64,000 nt of DNA from a bacterium (GTDB lineage: Bacteria > Patescibacteriota > Minisyncoccia > Phycocordibacterales > UBA918): contig PAMC01000016.1 of the NCBI GenBank assembly GCA_002710785.1, forward strand, positions 13,435 through 77,434, in the 5' to 3' direction. Under the pieces are notes generated by a model, which made no database searches, had not been told where the DNA came from, and worked only from the letters and a program-made list of their open reading frames with translations. The position numbers and the translations under genes were made by a program. The stretch's first letter is position 1; each line of letters begins with the position of its first letter. Positions 36,702-49,700 of this stretch are shown here, one piece after another.

Positions 36702-37910
36702 CTACTCGTAGCGGATGGCATCGAGTGGGTTTAGGGATGCCGCCCGACGGGCCGGGAAAATACCAGTCAAATACCCGACCGCAGCAGAGAAAAGCGCAAT
36801 AAACGTAAGAAAAGTGAGCGGAAACGAGAATAATTGCACTGCTTGACCGCCAAACTGACTGGCTACGAAGTTGAGTAAGACATTAATAGTCGCTCCAAAT
36901 ATAACTCCCATGACAATTCCCGACAAACCACCCAGAAAACCAACGATGATTGATTCAGACACAAAGAGCCACTTAATGTCGCTCGGTGACGCGCCAATAG
37001 TGCGCATAATACCAATCTCTTTGGTTCTCTCCAGAAGCGTCACGGTCATCGTGTTAAACATACCAATCGCCGACACGACGAGCGCAATACCACCAAAGAT
37101 TGCTAAAGTGACCTGGATACCCTGGAAGATCTTACTGGCTTGGTCGACAGTTTTTGAGAGCGCCGTTACCCGGTACCCATCTTCGATCAGTTCAGCTTCA
37201 ACCGGCTCAAGAAATTCGTTGGTGCTGACACGCACCTGGGCTCGCTCGTACTCATCGATACCTACGTAATTGCGTAGTTCTGGCATCATCATAAGGGCGT
37301 TAAGCACACCTTCCTCTTTGGTAATACCGCGTACGAGGTAATCTTTTTCGATGGGAATTTCTAGAATTTCGTCAGTGCCGTCGTCGGCCGGCACAAGCAA
37401 GCGGAACGTTACCTGCTCACCAACAAAGGTTTCAGCCTCTTCAATACCAAATAATTTGAGGACCGCTGGTGAAAGCATGACCGAGCTACCATCGCCAGCA
37501 TCATCGTCAGTGAATACCTGACCGGCAGAGGCAGTAATACCGGCGTAGCGCAGGTATGGCGGCTCTGCTCCCTGCAAGAAAACGTTGCCGGTCAATCCTT
37601 TGTAGGTAATGAGGGCTGGAAAGCGAGCTAACGGCGCAGCGTCGAGGACGTTGTCTTTTTCTTCAAACTCACGAATGGTCTCATCTGTAATCTGCAAATT
37701 TTGTGCGCCAGTAGCAGACACACCAAGCGAGAGAAGGGTTTCACCAAATACAATCTGCTCAAGAATGATCTGCTGCAACCCGAATCCTAGACCTACTAAA
37801 ACCACCACCGCACCAGTGCCCACGCCCATGCCAAGAATAGTCAGCCAAGTACGCATCGGGTTTGTTTTAAAGGCTCGGGTTGAGAGTTGGGCTAGATCTT
37901 GTGCTCGCAT
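36702..37910 (-). CDS. ABC transporter permease, FtsX/MacB-type (4 TM with large extracytoplasmic domain between TM1 and TM2)
   Basis: TM1 WLTILGMGVGTGAVVVLVGLGFGL, about 200-aa periplasmic domain, three C-terminal TMs with FtsX-like IGIMRTIGASPSDIKWLFVSESIIVG. Confidence 0.85.
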   Translation of the reverse strand: MRAQDLAQLSTRAFKTNPMRTWLTILGMGVGTGAVVVLVGLGFGLQQIILEQIVFGETLLSLGVSATGAQNLQITDETIREFEEKDNVLDAAPLARFPALITYKGLTGNVFLQGAEPPYLRYAGITASAGQVFTDDDAGDGSSVMLSPAVLKLFGIEEAETFVGEQVTFRLLVPADDGTDEILEIPIEKDYLVRGITKEEGVLNALMMMPELRNYVGIDEYERAQVRVSTNEFLEPVEAELIEDGYRVTALSKTVDQASKIFQGIQVTLAIFGGIALVVSAIGMFNTMTVTLLERTKEIGIMRTIGASPSDIKWLFVSESIIVGFLGGLSGIVMGVIFGATINVLLNFVASQFGGQAVQLFSFPLTFLTFIALFSAAVGYLTGIFPARRAASLNPLDAIRYE

Positions 37911-37936
37911 ACTACGTACTCAGTATAACAACGGGG

Positions 37937-39262
37937 CTACGACTTGTAGCTGACGTCCACACCTTGGGCAATTAGCTTTTCAAAGTAGCGGGTTAGTGAA
38001 TCAGCCTCCTTCTCAGCCAGACTCAGTCCGCCGACGGTAATGCCGCGCGCGAGCATTTCGTGAAAAGTGGCTTCTTCTATCACGCCGGTTACGCGGTCGG
38101 CAATGAGGTCGACCAGATTTTTGTTCTGTTTCTCTGAAAGCTGGAGGCGGTAGGAGTGCAAAAGATGATCACGTAACCGCTCGGCCAGTTGGTCTTGGCT
38201 AAAGAACGAGCTAGCCTCTTTTTCTCGCTGCGCTCTAAAGCGACGAATGTCGTCAGCCTGCTCAATCATGCGGGTAGAAATTTTTGCCATTTTACGAGCA
38301 GTGGCAGCATCGATGCCGATACCACCAGCTTCAAACGGAGCGGTTAAGGATTTCACAAAGGCGTCTTTGTGCAGTTTGCCCTTAATGAGGTAGCGAATGG
38401 ACTTCTCGAGGCGTACCAATTGATCGTACGTGTAGTCTTGTGTTAGGTAGTTGACGAGACTCTTTACGCGCAGCGTGTCAATTGAGTCGTACGGGAATAG
38501 TCGAGCCAACTGTTCGAGTTCGGTCACGATGGTCTCTCCTTCTTTTACTGGTTTAATTTGCTTACGCTGCGGGTTGACCACCTCACGTACGATGCGGCCA
38601 TCCTTGAGGTAGTACACGCGATGCGCGTAGCTTAAGTGCGCTGCGTTATGAGAGACCATAATAACGGTCCGGCGGTCAAACGTGTTAATTTCGTCAATTT
38701 TGTCCATTACCTGCTGCGTGGATACTGAGTCGAGGTTACCAGTCGGCTCGTCAGCCAAGAGAATCTTCGGGTCGTTCACCATCGAGCGAGATACCGACAC
38801 ACGCTGCTGTTGCCCACCGGAGAGCATCGCCGGAATCTTATGTGAGACAAACCCCACCCCAAACCGATCGAGTAGCGACTGCGCGCGACGGTTGCGCTTT
38901 TTCTTGTCAGCGTCGCAAAAAATCATCGGTAGCGCCACGTTGTCGAGCACCGTGAGCGATGGAATGAGGTTAAATTGCTGGAAGATAATCCCCATCACGT
39001 ACCGCTGAAAGTAGACGCGTTCCTCAGGTGGGTAGCTGTAAATATCGTCACCCCGGATAAGCATAGTTCCGTTACCTGGTGGCAGCGAGCCTTGGATGGT
39101 GTACATGAGGGTCGACTTACCAGACCCGGAGGCGCCAAAGAGAATAATGTACTCCCCTTCGTAGATATCGGTATTGACGCTGGAGAGCGCTTTAAACTCA
39201 TTACTTTTACCCTTGTTGTAGGTAATGTCGAGGTCTCTACAGATGATCAGTGGTTTTGCCAT
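37937..39262 (-). CDS. ABC transporter ATP-binding protein (MacB/LolD/FtsE-like) with about 215-aa C-terminal extension of unknown function
   Basis: Walker [11 protein letters not shown]-loop, signature [14 protein letters not shown], Walker [14 protein letters not shown]-loop MVSHN in the first about 225 aa; a further about 215 aa ([12 protein letters not shown]...GVDVSYKS) is helical/charged with no motif I recognise; 6 nt after the upstream FN3 gene stop. Confidence 0.9.
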   Translation of the reverse strand: MAKPLIICRDLDITYNKGKSNEFKALSSVNTDIYEGEYIILFGASGSGKSTLMYTIQGSLPPGNGTMLIRGDDIYSYPPEERVYFQRYVMGIIFQQFNLIPSLTVLDNVALPMIFCDADKKKRNRRAQSLLDRFGVGFVSHKIPAMLSGGQQQRVSVSRSMVNDPKILLADEPTGNLDSVSTQQVMDKIDEINTFDRRTVIMVSHNAAHLSYAHRVYYLKDGRIVREVVNPQRKQIKPVKEGETIVTELEQLARLFPYDSIDTLRVKSLVNYLTQDYTYDQLVRLEKSIRYLIKGKLHKDAFVKSLTAPFEAGGIGIDAATARKMAKISTRMIEQADDIRRFRAQREKEASSFFSQDQLAERLRDHLLHSYRLQLSEKQNKNLVDLIADRVTGVIEEATFHEMLARGITVGGLSLAEKEADSLTRYFEKLIAQGVDVSYKS

Positions 39263-39268
39263 AACAGT

Positions 39269-40780
39269 TTATGCGCCAATGTTTTGCACCCAACCAAATG
39301 TGGCTTCGAAGTTCTCAAGAATAAGATCAATGATGTTCTTTTCTTGGATTGGGGTAAAGAGCACAAAGTTTTCGCTCTGCACACTGTTGCCCGCTTCGTC
39401 GGTACAATTGAGCCAGAACTGGTACACCGTTGCTGGCGCAAAGTCGACGATCACCTCCACGTGCCGCTCGGTATAGTTGATCTGCTCCGGCTCAATGGTG
39501 GTTGGTTCGACACCACCAGCCACACCCTCTCGGTACGTCAAGAGACAGTAGGCTGCTTCGTCGGTACGCCACTCAACAATGGTTTGGATGCGCGATTCGC
39601 TGCCCGGAAAGAGGGTTGATTCGTTGGTAACATTGCTGATAATCGGCGCTGAGGTATCGCGCACCGTAATGAACGTAATCGGCTGACTCCGTACACGGTC
39701 GCCGCCACCATTCTCCGCGATCACAAACGCCACGTAGCGAGTACCGAGCGTTAGGTCGGCAATCCGCATCTGGTGCGTCGTCGCGAGCGTCGGGCGACCA
39801 ACCGAGTTTTGCGCGCCGGTCGTGAGGTCTTGGTACTCAATGAGTGCCTTGGCGGGTACGGTTGTGTCCCAGGCTAGCGTTGCTGCATCCTCTTCCACTT
39901 TTACGATGCGGAGGTTGCGAATCTCTGGCAACGAAGCTTTGGTTCGGAAGGTAAAGTCGAGTGAACTACCGGTAATACCAAACTCGTCAGTTGAACGGAC
40001 TTTAAAGTGGTACTCGGTAAAGGGCTCAAGGCCGATCAGGCGAATGGAGTGGTTGCTGGTATTGCCACCTGTGCTCGACTGCGAGAAGGCGTATACGTCT
40101 GGCTGGTACTGACTGGCCGGCGTAAAGAGTACCTCCGAAGACGCGGGGCGGTCAGTCGTCCACTCAACGAGCGCTGTTGTGGTCTCTGGGGTAACGGTCG
40201 GCGGACCAACAATAGTCAGGTCTTCGGTGATACCTTGTACCGCCTTTACGATTTCGTTCTGGATCTCTCTAATCTCTTGCGGATCCTGAATCTGTTTAAT
40301 TTGCTCGATGATCTCATTGGTGGTCACCTCGTTCACCTGGCCTGGTCCAACGTCAACACCATCGCCGGTACCACTATCGCTCGGGGTACCAGTTGTAGAA
40401 ATGCGGTAGTCGGCTGAGATACCTTGGTTGCCGTCTTCGTCTGAGGAACCGACGCGGAAGTAGTAGACGCGCCCCGGTTCGAGATTCTCGAGCGTTACCT
40501 CGTGCGCCTGACGGACAGTTTCCGGCACACGTACGATGCCGTAGTCGGGCTGTAGTCCGTAGTTAACGAGTGAATCAGCATCTTCGTCGGTTTCCCACGT
40601 AATGCGTAGCGTCGTATCGTCGACGTTTTCGACTTGAACGTTCGTAATTTCCGGCGCCACGCCGTCGCCCACCTGCGCTAAGGTAGCTGGGGTGAAATAC
40701 CAACCGGTTACCAGATACACCAAAAGGACGCCGTAAGACCGAAACATTACTTGCATTGTACCAGTCACTGTTTTACTCAT
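39269..40780 (-). CDS. secreted protein with four fibronectin-type-III-like repeats
   Basis: Signal/TM VLLVYLVTGWYF; repeats of the form LRITWETDEDADSLVNYG...YYFRVGSSDEDGN, TALVEWTTDRPASSEVLF...YHFKVRSTDEFG, ATLAWDTTVPAKALIEY...YVAFVIAENGGG, IQTIVEWRTDEAAYCLLTY...YQFWLNCTDEAGN. Confidence 0.7.
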   Translation of the reverse strand: MSKTVTGTMQVMFRSYGVLLVYLVTGWYFTPATLAQVGDGVAPEITNVQVENVDDTTLRITWETDEDADSLVNYGLQPDYGIVRVPETVRQAHEVTLENLEPGRVYYFRVGSSDEDGNQGISADYRISTTGTPSDSGTGDGVDVGPGQVNEVTTNEIIEQIKQIQDPQEIREIQNEIVKAVQGITEDLTIVGPPTVTPETTTALVEWTTDRPASSEVLFTPASQYQPDVYAFSQSSTGGNTSNHSIRLIGLEPFTEYHFKVRSTDEFGITGSSLDFTFRTKASLPEIRNLRIVKVEEDAATLAWDTTVPAKALIEYQDLTTGAQNSVGRPTLATTHQMRIADLTLGTRYVAFVIAENGGGDRVRSQPITFITVRDTSAPIISNVTNESTLFPGSESRIQTIVEWRTDEAAYCLLTYREGVAGGVEPTTIEPEQINYTERHVEVIVDFAPATVYQFWLNCTDEAGNSVQSENFVLFTPIQEKNIIDLILENFEATFGWVQNIGA

Positions 40781-40799
40781 ATCATGTACCTGTTGTTAT

Positions 40800-43700
40800 C
40801 TAGTCGGCTGTGGCGGTAAAGGTGTTGATGCCACTGTGTGGTTCACTAGCGGTTCCAAACGGAATAGCAATGCCCCAGTAGAGCGCGTCCGTCACCAGTG
40901 GCGTGCTGGTCGTTGGTTTATTAAGGTCAACCTCAATAGAGCTGCCAATCTCAGAGAGTGTAATACAGGCCGTACAGGTAGTGTGGTCAAAGGATGAGGT
41001 CGCAAATTTCTGCTGCGTTACATCAATGATTGAGACGCCGCCATTGGACATGTCAGTACCCGACACATCAACGTCGAGTGCCTCATTACCAAAGTTACTA
41101 ATGTTTGATACTGGGTTACTACCACTGGCAGTGACACCATTAATGTCGAGTGTGCCGTAGCCAATGAGATTATCAACCGAGATACTGCGTAGCGTGCCAA
41201 CGTCGATTATGCCTGTTGAGGTTTCAAAGTCACTGTTTGTTGCGGCGTCAGCCACTTCAACGTAGGCGTACCACTCTTCTCCCTCATACGGAGAGCCACC
41301 GTCGGTCGGGTCAGTGTGGAAGGCAAAGTCAGCGGTACATGAGAGGCTACAGCTAGTACCGCTACAACCTGAGAGCACACAACCTGTACCAAGAGTCGTG
41401 ACGTAACAGTTGTTGTCGTCTGGTGTACAGCTCGCCCCCACTGTGGTGCGGTAGAAGGTGGTGGTCGCTGCCACAATATCGGCATACCCATTAAGGTCAG
41501 TGACTGTGGTACTTGCTACTACTGGTGTAGTGGTGCCTGGGCTGAGCACTATGTCACTCCCATCGTTAAGCGTCACCACGCCAACCGACGGCGCAAACTC
41601 AAGCGTGAGCTCTGGAATACTGGCGTAGGAGTCAAGTGCCGTGCCGGCGTTCGTGACACGGAAGCAGTACGCATCTTCAGTCGCGTTGCTAGTTAGATTA
41701 AGCGCGTACTCGAGCTCAGTGTAGTACTGTTGGTTGACGTCTACGAATCCGGTCTGGTTATCGGTGTTGCTGACGATCTCACCAGCGGAGAACGTGCCTG
41801 ACGGAATGATAAGATGGTCAGTCGTCGGATCACCACTGCTCACTTGAGTCGTGTTAATCATACAAACAGGGCTCACTCCACAACTACCGGCCGCGGGCAC
41901 CGAGCTGTAACTACCGCCACTCACTGCCTCACACGTTAAGGCGACGCCCTTGCCAGCATACTCTAGTCGAAACTCTTGGTTTGTAATATCGAGTCCTGAA
42001 TTCTCAACCGCTACTCGCAAACGCGCCACGTCACCAAAGTCGTAGCCTGAACCAGCTACCCCCTGCGGTGCACGCCACGTGGCTCCGCCGTCAACCTGCT
42101 CTGCGCCAAAGTACACAGTCGGTTTATTATCGAGTCGTGGGTAGGACACAAAGCTGTCCCAGCCGCCGTAGAAGCCCCAGAACGTGAAGCCAAAGCCGCC
42201 GCTTGTGTAATTAGAATCTGTGGCGGTGGTTGACGCCACGAGCGTGCCGCCGCTGTTGTAGAGCCGCACGTCGATGGTGTCGTCGGTCTGCCAGTCGACT
42301 TCGATCTCGTACCAGCCAGTACTGTACGTGACGTTTGTTTGGTCGAGTACGACTACACCACCTACCAAGTCGGTACTCTCTGCATCACGAACCAAAGAGA
42401 GACGGTCGGTACCCTGTAGCTCGATACACACACCGTAGTTTTCGTTGGTAGTACCTGGTGACTGCACACCAAAGAGTGTACAAGACTCGTCAGATCCACT
42501 CGCGTCCACATACTGACGGTACCGGATAATCTCGCCTTGGCTCACTGTCTGGTCGAAGGTAAAGATACCATCGGTTGCTTTGGCTGTTTCATTACCATTT
42601 GTGTCGAGACCGTTAGAGCCACCCCACGCGTAGGTACTACCAATGTTAAAGAGTGTCGTGTCGCCGCTGTACTCACTTAAACTGCCACTCTCAAAGTCGT
42701 CAACGGCCGTGAAGACGAGGGTGCTGCTACTGGTCGTTGTGGCGGTGAGGTTGTCGTAGTACATGTAGATCTGCGTTGTTGAGGCAGCTGGCAGGCTCGG
42801 TACTTCAACCCACACATCTGCGCTCACGCCGGTGCTAAAGCGCTCGATCCAATGGTCGATCAGTACGGTTCCAGTGCTGTCAGTAAAGCGTAGGTCATCA
42901 AAGTCGGTTTGCATGTCAGAGTCGTACGTCACGCTCAGCAACACTGGCACATTGCTATAGGTGCTGGCATCACCATTCTGCAGCCGCACCCGCTGCCGCG
43001 CATCCCAGTTGGTGTCGTACCACGTACTGGCTACTGCGCCTTCCCCACCGTCGTCGTTACGCCAGCGGTACTCTGTCTGCTCAGTCAAGAGACAGGCGCT
43101 ATCATCCCAACGAATAGAGCTACACGCATCTTCACCATCGACGTCGTAATCCTCACCACTAAGATCACCAAAGTGTGTGCTGAAAATCCAGCTGTTGGTC
43201 GAAGTGGCATCGAGAGTTACGTTGGCGCCACCGGTGAATCCACCATCGGTGAAGACGGCTTCGAGAATGGTCAAACCAGCATTTGCATCAAGCGCAGTCT
43301 GCGGCAGGGTAATCATAGTGGCAGTATTGGTCGCCTGGTTGAAGACACCTCGATCTAGGTCGCTTATGGTTGGGGTACCAACAAACGTCAAGCCACCGGC
43401 TGCCAGATCGTCGAAGGTGTACGTGTCTGCACTGAATGTTCCGCCACTGACAGTGAAGTCATACAGTGTGCTTGCCTCAGCACTCTGGATCGTAGTGCTG
43501 GCGCCAGTGGCGCCAATAATTTCCAAGGTGCCGCTCTCAAGAGTGAAGTTAGACAACGTGCTGGTCGCAAAGGTGACACTCACCGCCCGTGGACTTCCAC
43601 CCAGCGCCACACCGTCAAAGTCAGTTGCGTAACTCCAGTACTCGTTTACGGTCTGACTGACGTACTCACCGTAGATTCTCAGGGCGCCGTCAGAACCAGC

Positions 43701-46700
43701 GTGGTCTTGTGAGTAGATTGAAGACGAGGCGCTCAGTGTGCTCACGAGGTAGTCGCTGTTCCAGAAGCGCACATCGGTATCGCCGATAAGAGTGAGTGTA
43801 TCGTAGGTGTCTCCTGTGCTGGCTTTGGTATTGGCACTAAAATTGGTACCAGCTGCTAAGATCAGCTCGCTATTAGTCCAGGTAGTGTTTGCGCCACCAA
43901 CCGTGTTAGTGAAGACGCCGCCGACATAAAGAGTTTCACTGCTTCCGAGTGTAAACGCGCTAGCGCTCAAGAGACTAAAGTCGCTGGTTGATGTTGCGCT
44001 TGAGAACGTCCAGCCTCCTGTCGCGCTGTTTACTACCACGCGGTAAAACTCGTTGCTGCCTGGATCAACGGTTTCGCCCGTATCGGTAGAGTCGAAGAGG
44101 AGCGTGCTCGTTCCCACATCGAGTGTGCCGCTCGTGGCATCGAGCGAACCGCCAATTGCTGTAGAGCTGCTGGCCAGCCGTAGATTACCAGCAGCAACCG
44201 TCACATCACCCAAGAAGGCGCTCGTTGCATCGGTAACTGTGAAGCTGCCCGATCCGTCAACTTGCAAGCTCGAAAGATCGTTGCCGCCAGCAGTCAAGAC
44301 ATGGGTGCCTGTACCAGTAAGTCGAATGGTGCCGCTATTGTGTGCCACCGTGTCAGACACGACGAAGTCAGTACCGACGGTGAAGGTGCCGCCTGGAAGT
44401 GTTACCGTACCGGTGGCAACCGTAACGCTCGCCGTGGCAGTTGCGTTCGTATCGCTAATACTCCAACTGCCGCTACCTGCAAACTGTATTGTTGCAGCGT
44501 CAGATCCACCAAAAGTGATCGTGTTGCCCGCGTCTGTCGCGGTAAACGCGAGCACTCCGCCGTTAGCGTCGAAGCTACCGCCCGTATTAGTGAAGTCATT
44601 GGCAAAGGTGCTCGTCGCCGCTGGCAACGTCACGTCGCCATTGGTAATGGTGACGTCTCCATTCGCGGCAAAAGTAGTGTCGTTAACGGTCCACGAACCA
44701 GTACCATTGAAGGTGAGCGCACCAAAGGTTGCGTCATTGCTGTCGATTGAGCGACCGCTCTGGGTGCTGGTAAAGGTTAGCGCAGCGTCATTGAGCGCCA
44801 GTGTTGCACCAGCGCCACTTAGGAGCTCGCCGCCAATCGTGTGCGACTCACTGCCTGCGCCGGTAAACGTGGCATTGGCTTGTAGTTCGAGTGTGCCGGC
44901 ATGACTAGCAGTTCCTGTACTGAGTGTGACATCACCGTCAGGGGTAAAGGTCTTACTATCCCACACAATGAGTTTTGTGTCTGTCGGGAAGGATACCGTG
45001 TTGGTACCGCCAGTTGTTGCAGTGAATGGAATGTCAGCATCGTCACTACTATCCCACACAGCCAGGTCAGCAATGCGTATAGCATCCGTGCTCTCGTGTC
45101 GCACAATCACGCGGTCGACGTAGACATCCATGTTGAGAATGTTTGAAATCGGATCAGCAGTCACTGTCGCGCCGGCCTCACTCTCACCGTCGATGTACAC
45201 GATGATACTGTCAGACGGTCCAAAGCCGACATTAGTAAAGGTGTACGCACCAGTACCCGAGGCACAGGTAGTGCTGGCGCTCGTTAGACCAGCTACCACC
45301 AACCGCACATTCGGGGTACTGCCGTCACACTGGGTGTACCAGCTAGTCCCTTCGTCATTGTAGATATTTCCGGAAATTGAGATAAGCGCAGCTGAGTCAC
45401 TCCACACGATTTCGCCAGGATCACCTGAGTCGGCGTCAAACGCCTCACCGTCGAGGTTACCGGTGTGGTTTGTGAAGCGCCACGATGAAACCGAAACTCC
45501 CGAAGTGGTGACGTTTACCGGGCTCGTCACACCACTCTCGTTAAAGGTGTTGCGATCAAAGTTCTTGGCTGGGTTCGCGTCGATCACGCTGCCAGCCACT
45601 GTCATCGCACTCGCATTATTATCGTCAACCAGCCAATCAACATTTACGATATTCACCACTGTCGGTGTGCCCGTAAATGAGAGACCCGCGCTATCAACGT
45701 CACGTGGTTCAGCGTCGAGCCATTCAGTGCTCGCGGTACCGCCAATAGTAAAGCTAAACTCGCCACTGCCTTGGTTTTGGATTGTCGTCGACGCGGTTGT
45801 GGAACCCATAACGTCGAGGCTACCACCAGTATACGTGACGCTTCCGCCCCCTTCGACGTACACATCAGCTTGGCGTGGTGAACCAAGGGCGGCACCATCC
45901 CAATCGGTGGTGTAGCTCCACGAATCGGTGTACGAAGCATTGCTGTACGCTCCAAAGATATATAGATCACCAGCAACGTCGTTGTGATCCATCGAGTAAA
46001 GTGAGCTGCTCGCAGAAATGGTCGTCGTGCTGTAGCTACTGTTCCAGAATCGTGGTTGAGTGCCATTATCGACAACGAGCTCAGCGTAGTCATCAGCGTC
46101 AGTCTTAGTATTTACCTCATACGCCGTATTACCAAACAGCTTCAGAACGGAATTGCTCCAGTTCGTATTTGCCCCGCTGACAGTGTTGGTAAACACGTCA
46201 CCAACTGCCAGCGTATTGCCTGGCTGTAGTGTAAAGGTGAAGGCGCTCGTCAAACTAAAGTCACCGGTAGTAGTTGCGGATTCGGTAAAGAGGTAGGTGC
46301 CGCCGCCGGCCACGCTCACATCGTAGAAATCGGAAGCGCCAGCCGCGACCGACGCCGTACCGGTCGCTTGCAAAAACTCTACCAAGCCGCCGTTGGCCGT
46401 GAAGACGCCGTCGTTATCGTAGCTACCGAATAGCTGCAGGCTGCTGGTATCACTAGCCTCAAGCGTACCGCGAGCGCCAATGTAAGTATCGCCCGCTACT
46501 ACCGTTAATGGATCATTGGTGTCGAGCGTGAACGTAGTCGTACCGCGACTGCCGACAGTTAGATCACCAAACACCTGCAATCCTGTTACCGGGGCTGTGA
46601 CAGCAGTGCTACCCGTTGCTGCTTCGACAGCAAGGTCGAAGTAGGCCGTCCTGGTTACGGTACTGTTGCCTCCGTACGTGATACGACTGGTGTCTTCCAA

Positions 46701-49700
46701 GAAGGTGCCGTCCTCCACAAATACGGTACCGTCACCCGTCAGGTCCCACTGTGAACTCCCAGCGTCTAAGAGGTGCCCAGAGTCGATGGTAAGTCGATTG
46801 CGCACCGTCGTGGTTGCACTACCAAACGGTGTCGTCACTTGAGTAGCGGTCACACCATCACCGAGTACTAAGTTGTAGAACTGCCACGGGGTGGTGCCGC
46901 CTAAGGTATTGGTGCGATCAATCTCCACCGTACCATTGACCATGGCCACTGTGCCGTTGCCGGTGAAGTTACCGTTGGTGATGGTTATATCGCTCGTACC
47001 GCTGAGTGTACCTGTAGCAACAGTGAGATTATTAATCACCGTAATTGGCGTTTGTACACCCCAGCCACCACCAGCTCCAGTAAACGACACGGCCGTAAAG
47101 GCTAGGGTACTGCTCGCTGCACTGGCAATTGATTGACCAGTGGTGGTGGCTGTGAAGAGCACAGTTGAACTCGGCGTATTGAAGGTGGCAGCAGTATCAA
47201 GATAGAGCGAGCCGCCGATAGTGAGCACTTCGGTACCGCTCATGTTTAAGGTGGCAGATGGCCCAAGCAAGAGTGAGCCATCTTGGGTAGATCCGCCAGA
47301 GCCAGCCAGGGTGATGTCGCCATTGCCGGTAAAGGTCTTACTATTCCAAACCATCAGGCCGCTACTCGCGCTTACAGTGAGTGAGTCTGGGGTCGTACTG
47401 GTAGAGACGGTAAATGGCACATCTCCATTATCTCCACTATCGAAGATGTTCATGTCCGCAATCGAAAGCGGGCTGATGTCTTCGTGTCGCACGATAACTC
47501 GATTTTGGTAGAGATCGAAGTCACTGATACTGTCGAGAACTGACACCGACGCTGGTTTAAGCGCAAACTGCACAACATTCACATCGTCGGTAGAGCCGCC
47601 AGTTGCGGTCGCGTCGCCGGTTGCACCAGCGCTCGTTTGTAGTTGCGAGGAGAGAAGCAGGTTGCGACTTCCTTGTCGAGCATCTTGCAGAATGGTGCTC
47701 CATGGTGACGTCGGTCCAACGAGATCATTGTCGTCAATGACGTACCAGGCTGCCAGCACGTACGACCCGTCGTTAGTGGTCGTAATACCAGGCGCAACTG
47801 GTGAGCTAGTATTCTGCTCGTTGCTCCAGACTGGGTCAGTATCAAAGATATCGCTGGTGTCTACCCCGCGGTACGCCCCAATCCAAGCGCTAAACTCCTC
47901 GGTGCCGGCAGTATCGTTATTCGTAAAGGCGTACGTCTCAGCTTCAGTGGCGGCGTTGGTAATCACTCGCGACCAGACCGCTGTGTACATATCGTTGCCG
48001 GTAGTCAGTCCGAGCTCCCCTTCTAACTGCCAACCAGACGGTGCGCTAATGTCAAACTCGTCTTCACGAGCAGTAATAGCAATCAACACATCACCATTCT
48101 CCACCTCGGGACGCTCGACAGTAAAGGTCGCACCGTTGGCCACCGTACCCACCGCAGTTCGCTGGTCTACCAAATTAATAGTTTTGTACGGTTGTGCTGC
48201 TGCACCAAGCGGTGTCTTGGTTACAACTGCAGCAATTGCGGTACCAGTAGCGGTTGGGCTCGCGTCCGGGTTAAATGACATCTGGATCACCTGTGATTCT
48301 CGACCAATAGTGACGTTACCAAACTGCGCCGTACTGGTCGCGCCTGCTGGTCGGGCCACACGCGAGACAACGCCAAGGTTATGGTTGGTGCCGTCTACAA
48401 CGTTTTGTGCCCGTGTCGCCCAATTACCGCTCGGTACCGCCACGTCAGTGTCGTTAAATACGTGTGCAGCTGCAATCACCAGTGAGCCGTCGATCGTAGT
48501 GGTGGCAGTGGGTGCTATTGGATCGTACTCGTTTTGCAACTTACTCCAGTTAGTTGTTGCCGCAAGCGGACTAGCTGTGTCCACGTTAAGTAAGCTGCCC
48601 ATCCAGTAGTTGTACGTCTCGTTGTTGTCGGTAACTGGGAAATCGTAGCTCGCTGGCTCGGTGCTCGCATCAGCCACCACCTTGTACCACGCGCCACTCG
48701 CAAGATCATCACCTGTCGTGTTACCAAAACTATCTATCGCCGTCCAACCGCCAAGCGTATTAATGAGCGGCTCATCGTCTTTACCGGCGATGAGGACCAA
48801 GACGCTATTATCAACCACGGTTGGTCGCGTTACGTTCATCAGGTTACTGGTGACTGTTCCAGTACCACTCGTCTCATCGAGAATTGCCACGTTTACTTCA
48901 GAGCTGCTGGCGGTACTACTTAAGAAGGCGGTAATCTTAGGTTCACCAACGTAGGTCACGCCAGCTACTTCGTATGCACCCGTTGCTGCATCACACGACG
49001 TTTGGTAGGTCGTGCCACCATCAATTACCACCGTGACGACGGCTGTACTATTGTTACAGACTGGAGCACCCATCGGCGTCACACCATCATCGGCGTACAC
49101 TACGCCACTGATACTAATGTTGTAGTTACTATCGTCCCACTGGATAGAGCCTGGGTCGCCATCGTCGGCGTCAAACGCCTCACCGTAACGATCGCCACCG
49201 CCGCCAGTAAAGAGCCAGTACGTACTCGGGGTACCGTCAGTGGTGACGTTAGCGCCGGCTGCTGTAGAAACCGTACTGGTAGCGTAAAACTCATCCGGTT
49301 GGAGGAAGTTCCTAAACTCTGCGTCGATCCAGTCTGTGCCCTGGGTACTGGTAGCAAAGCGCAGCTCATCGACCTGAATCTCACCGTACGTACCGCCCTG
49401 GTAGCGACCAATCTTGAGGCCAGTGTTGGATGGATTCTGTGATGAGCTAATCTGCGTCACTGTATCTTGCAGCGTATTATCTTCGTAGATGAGGTTGTTC
49501 TCACCATCGGTAGCTCGTCCAATCGTGGTGAAGTGGTGCCAGATAGTGTTGTTGTACGGGCTCACAGTGTACTCACCGCCACTGGTAATACCAAAGAAGT
49601 GTCGCCCGCGGTTGGTTAGATCGTAGTTCGGCATAAACGCGAGGTAGGTGCCGTTGTTGGTGCCGTTACCGGTACCAAACTGCCACAGCGCACCAGTGTC

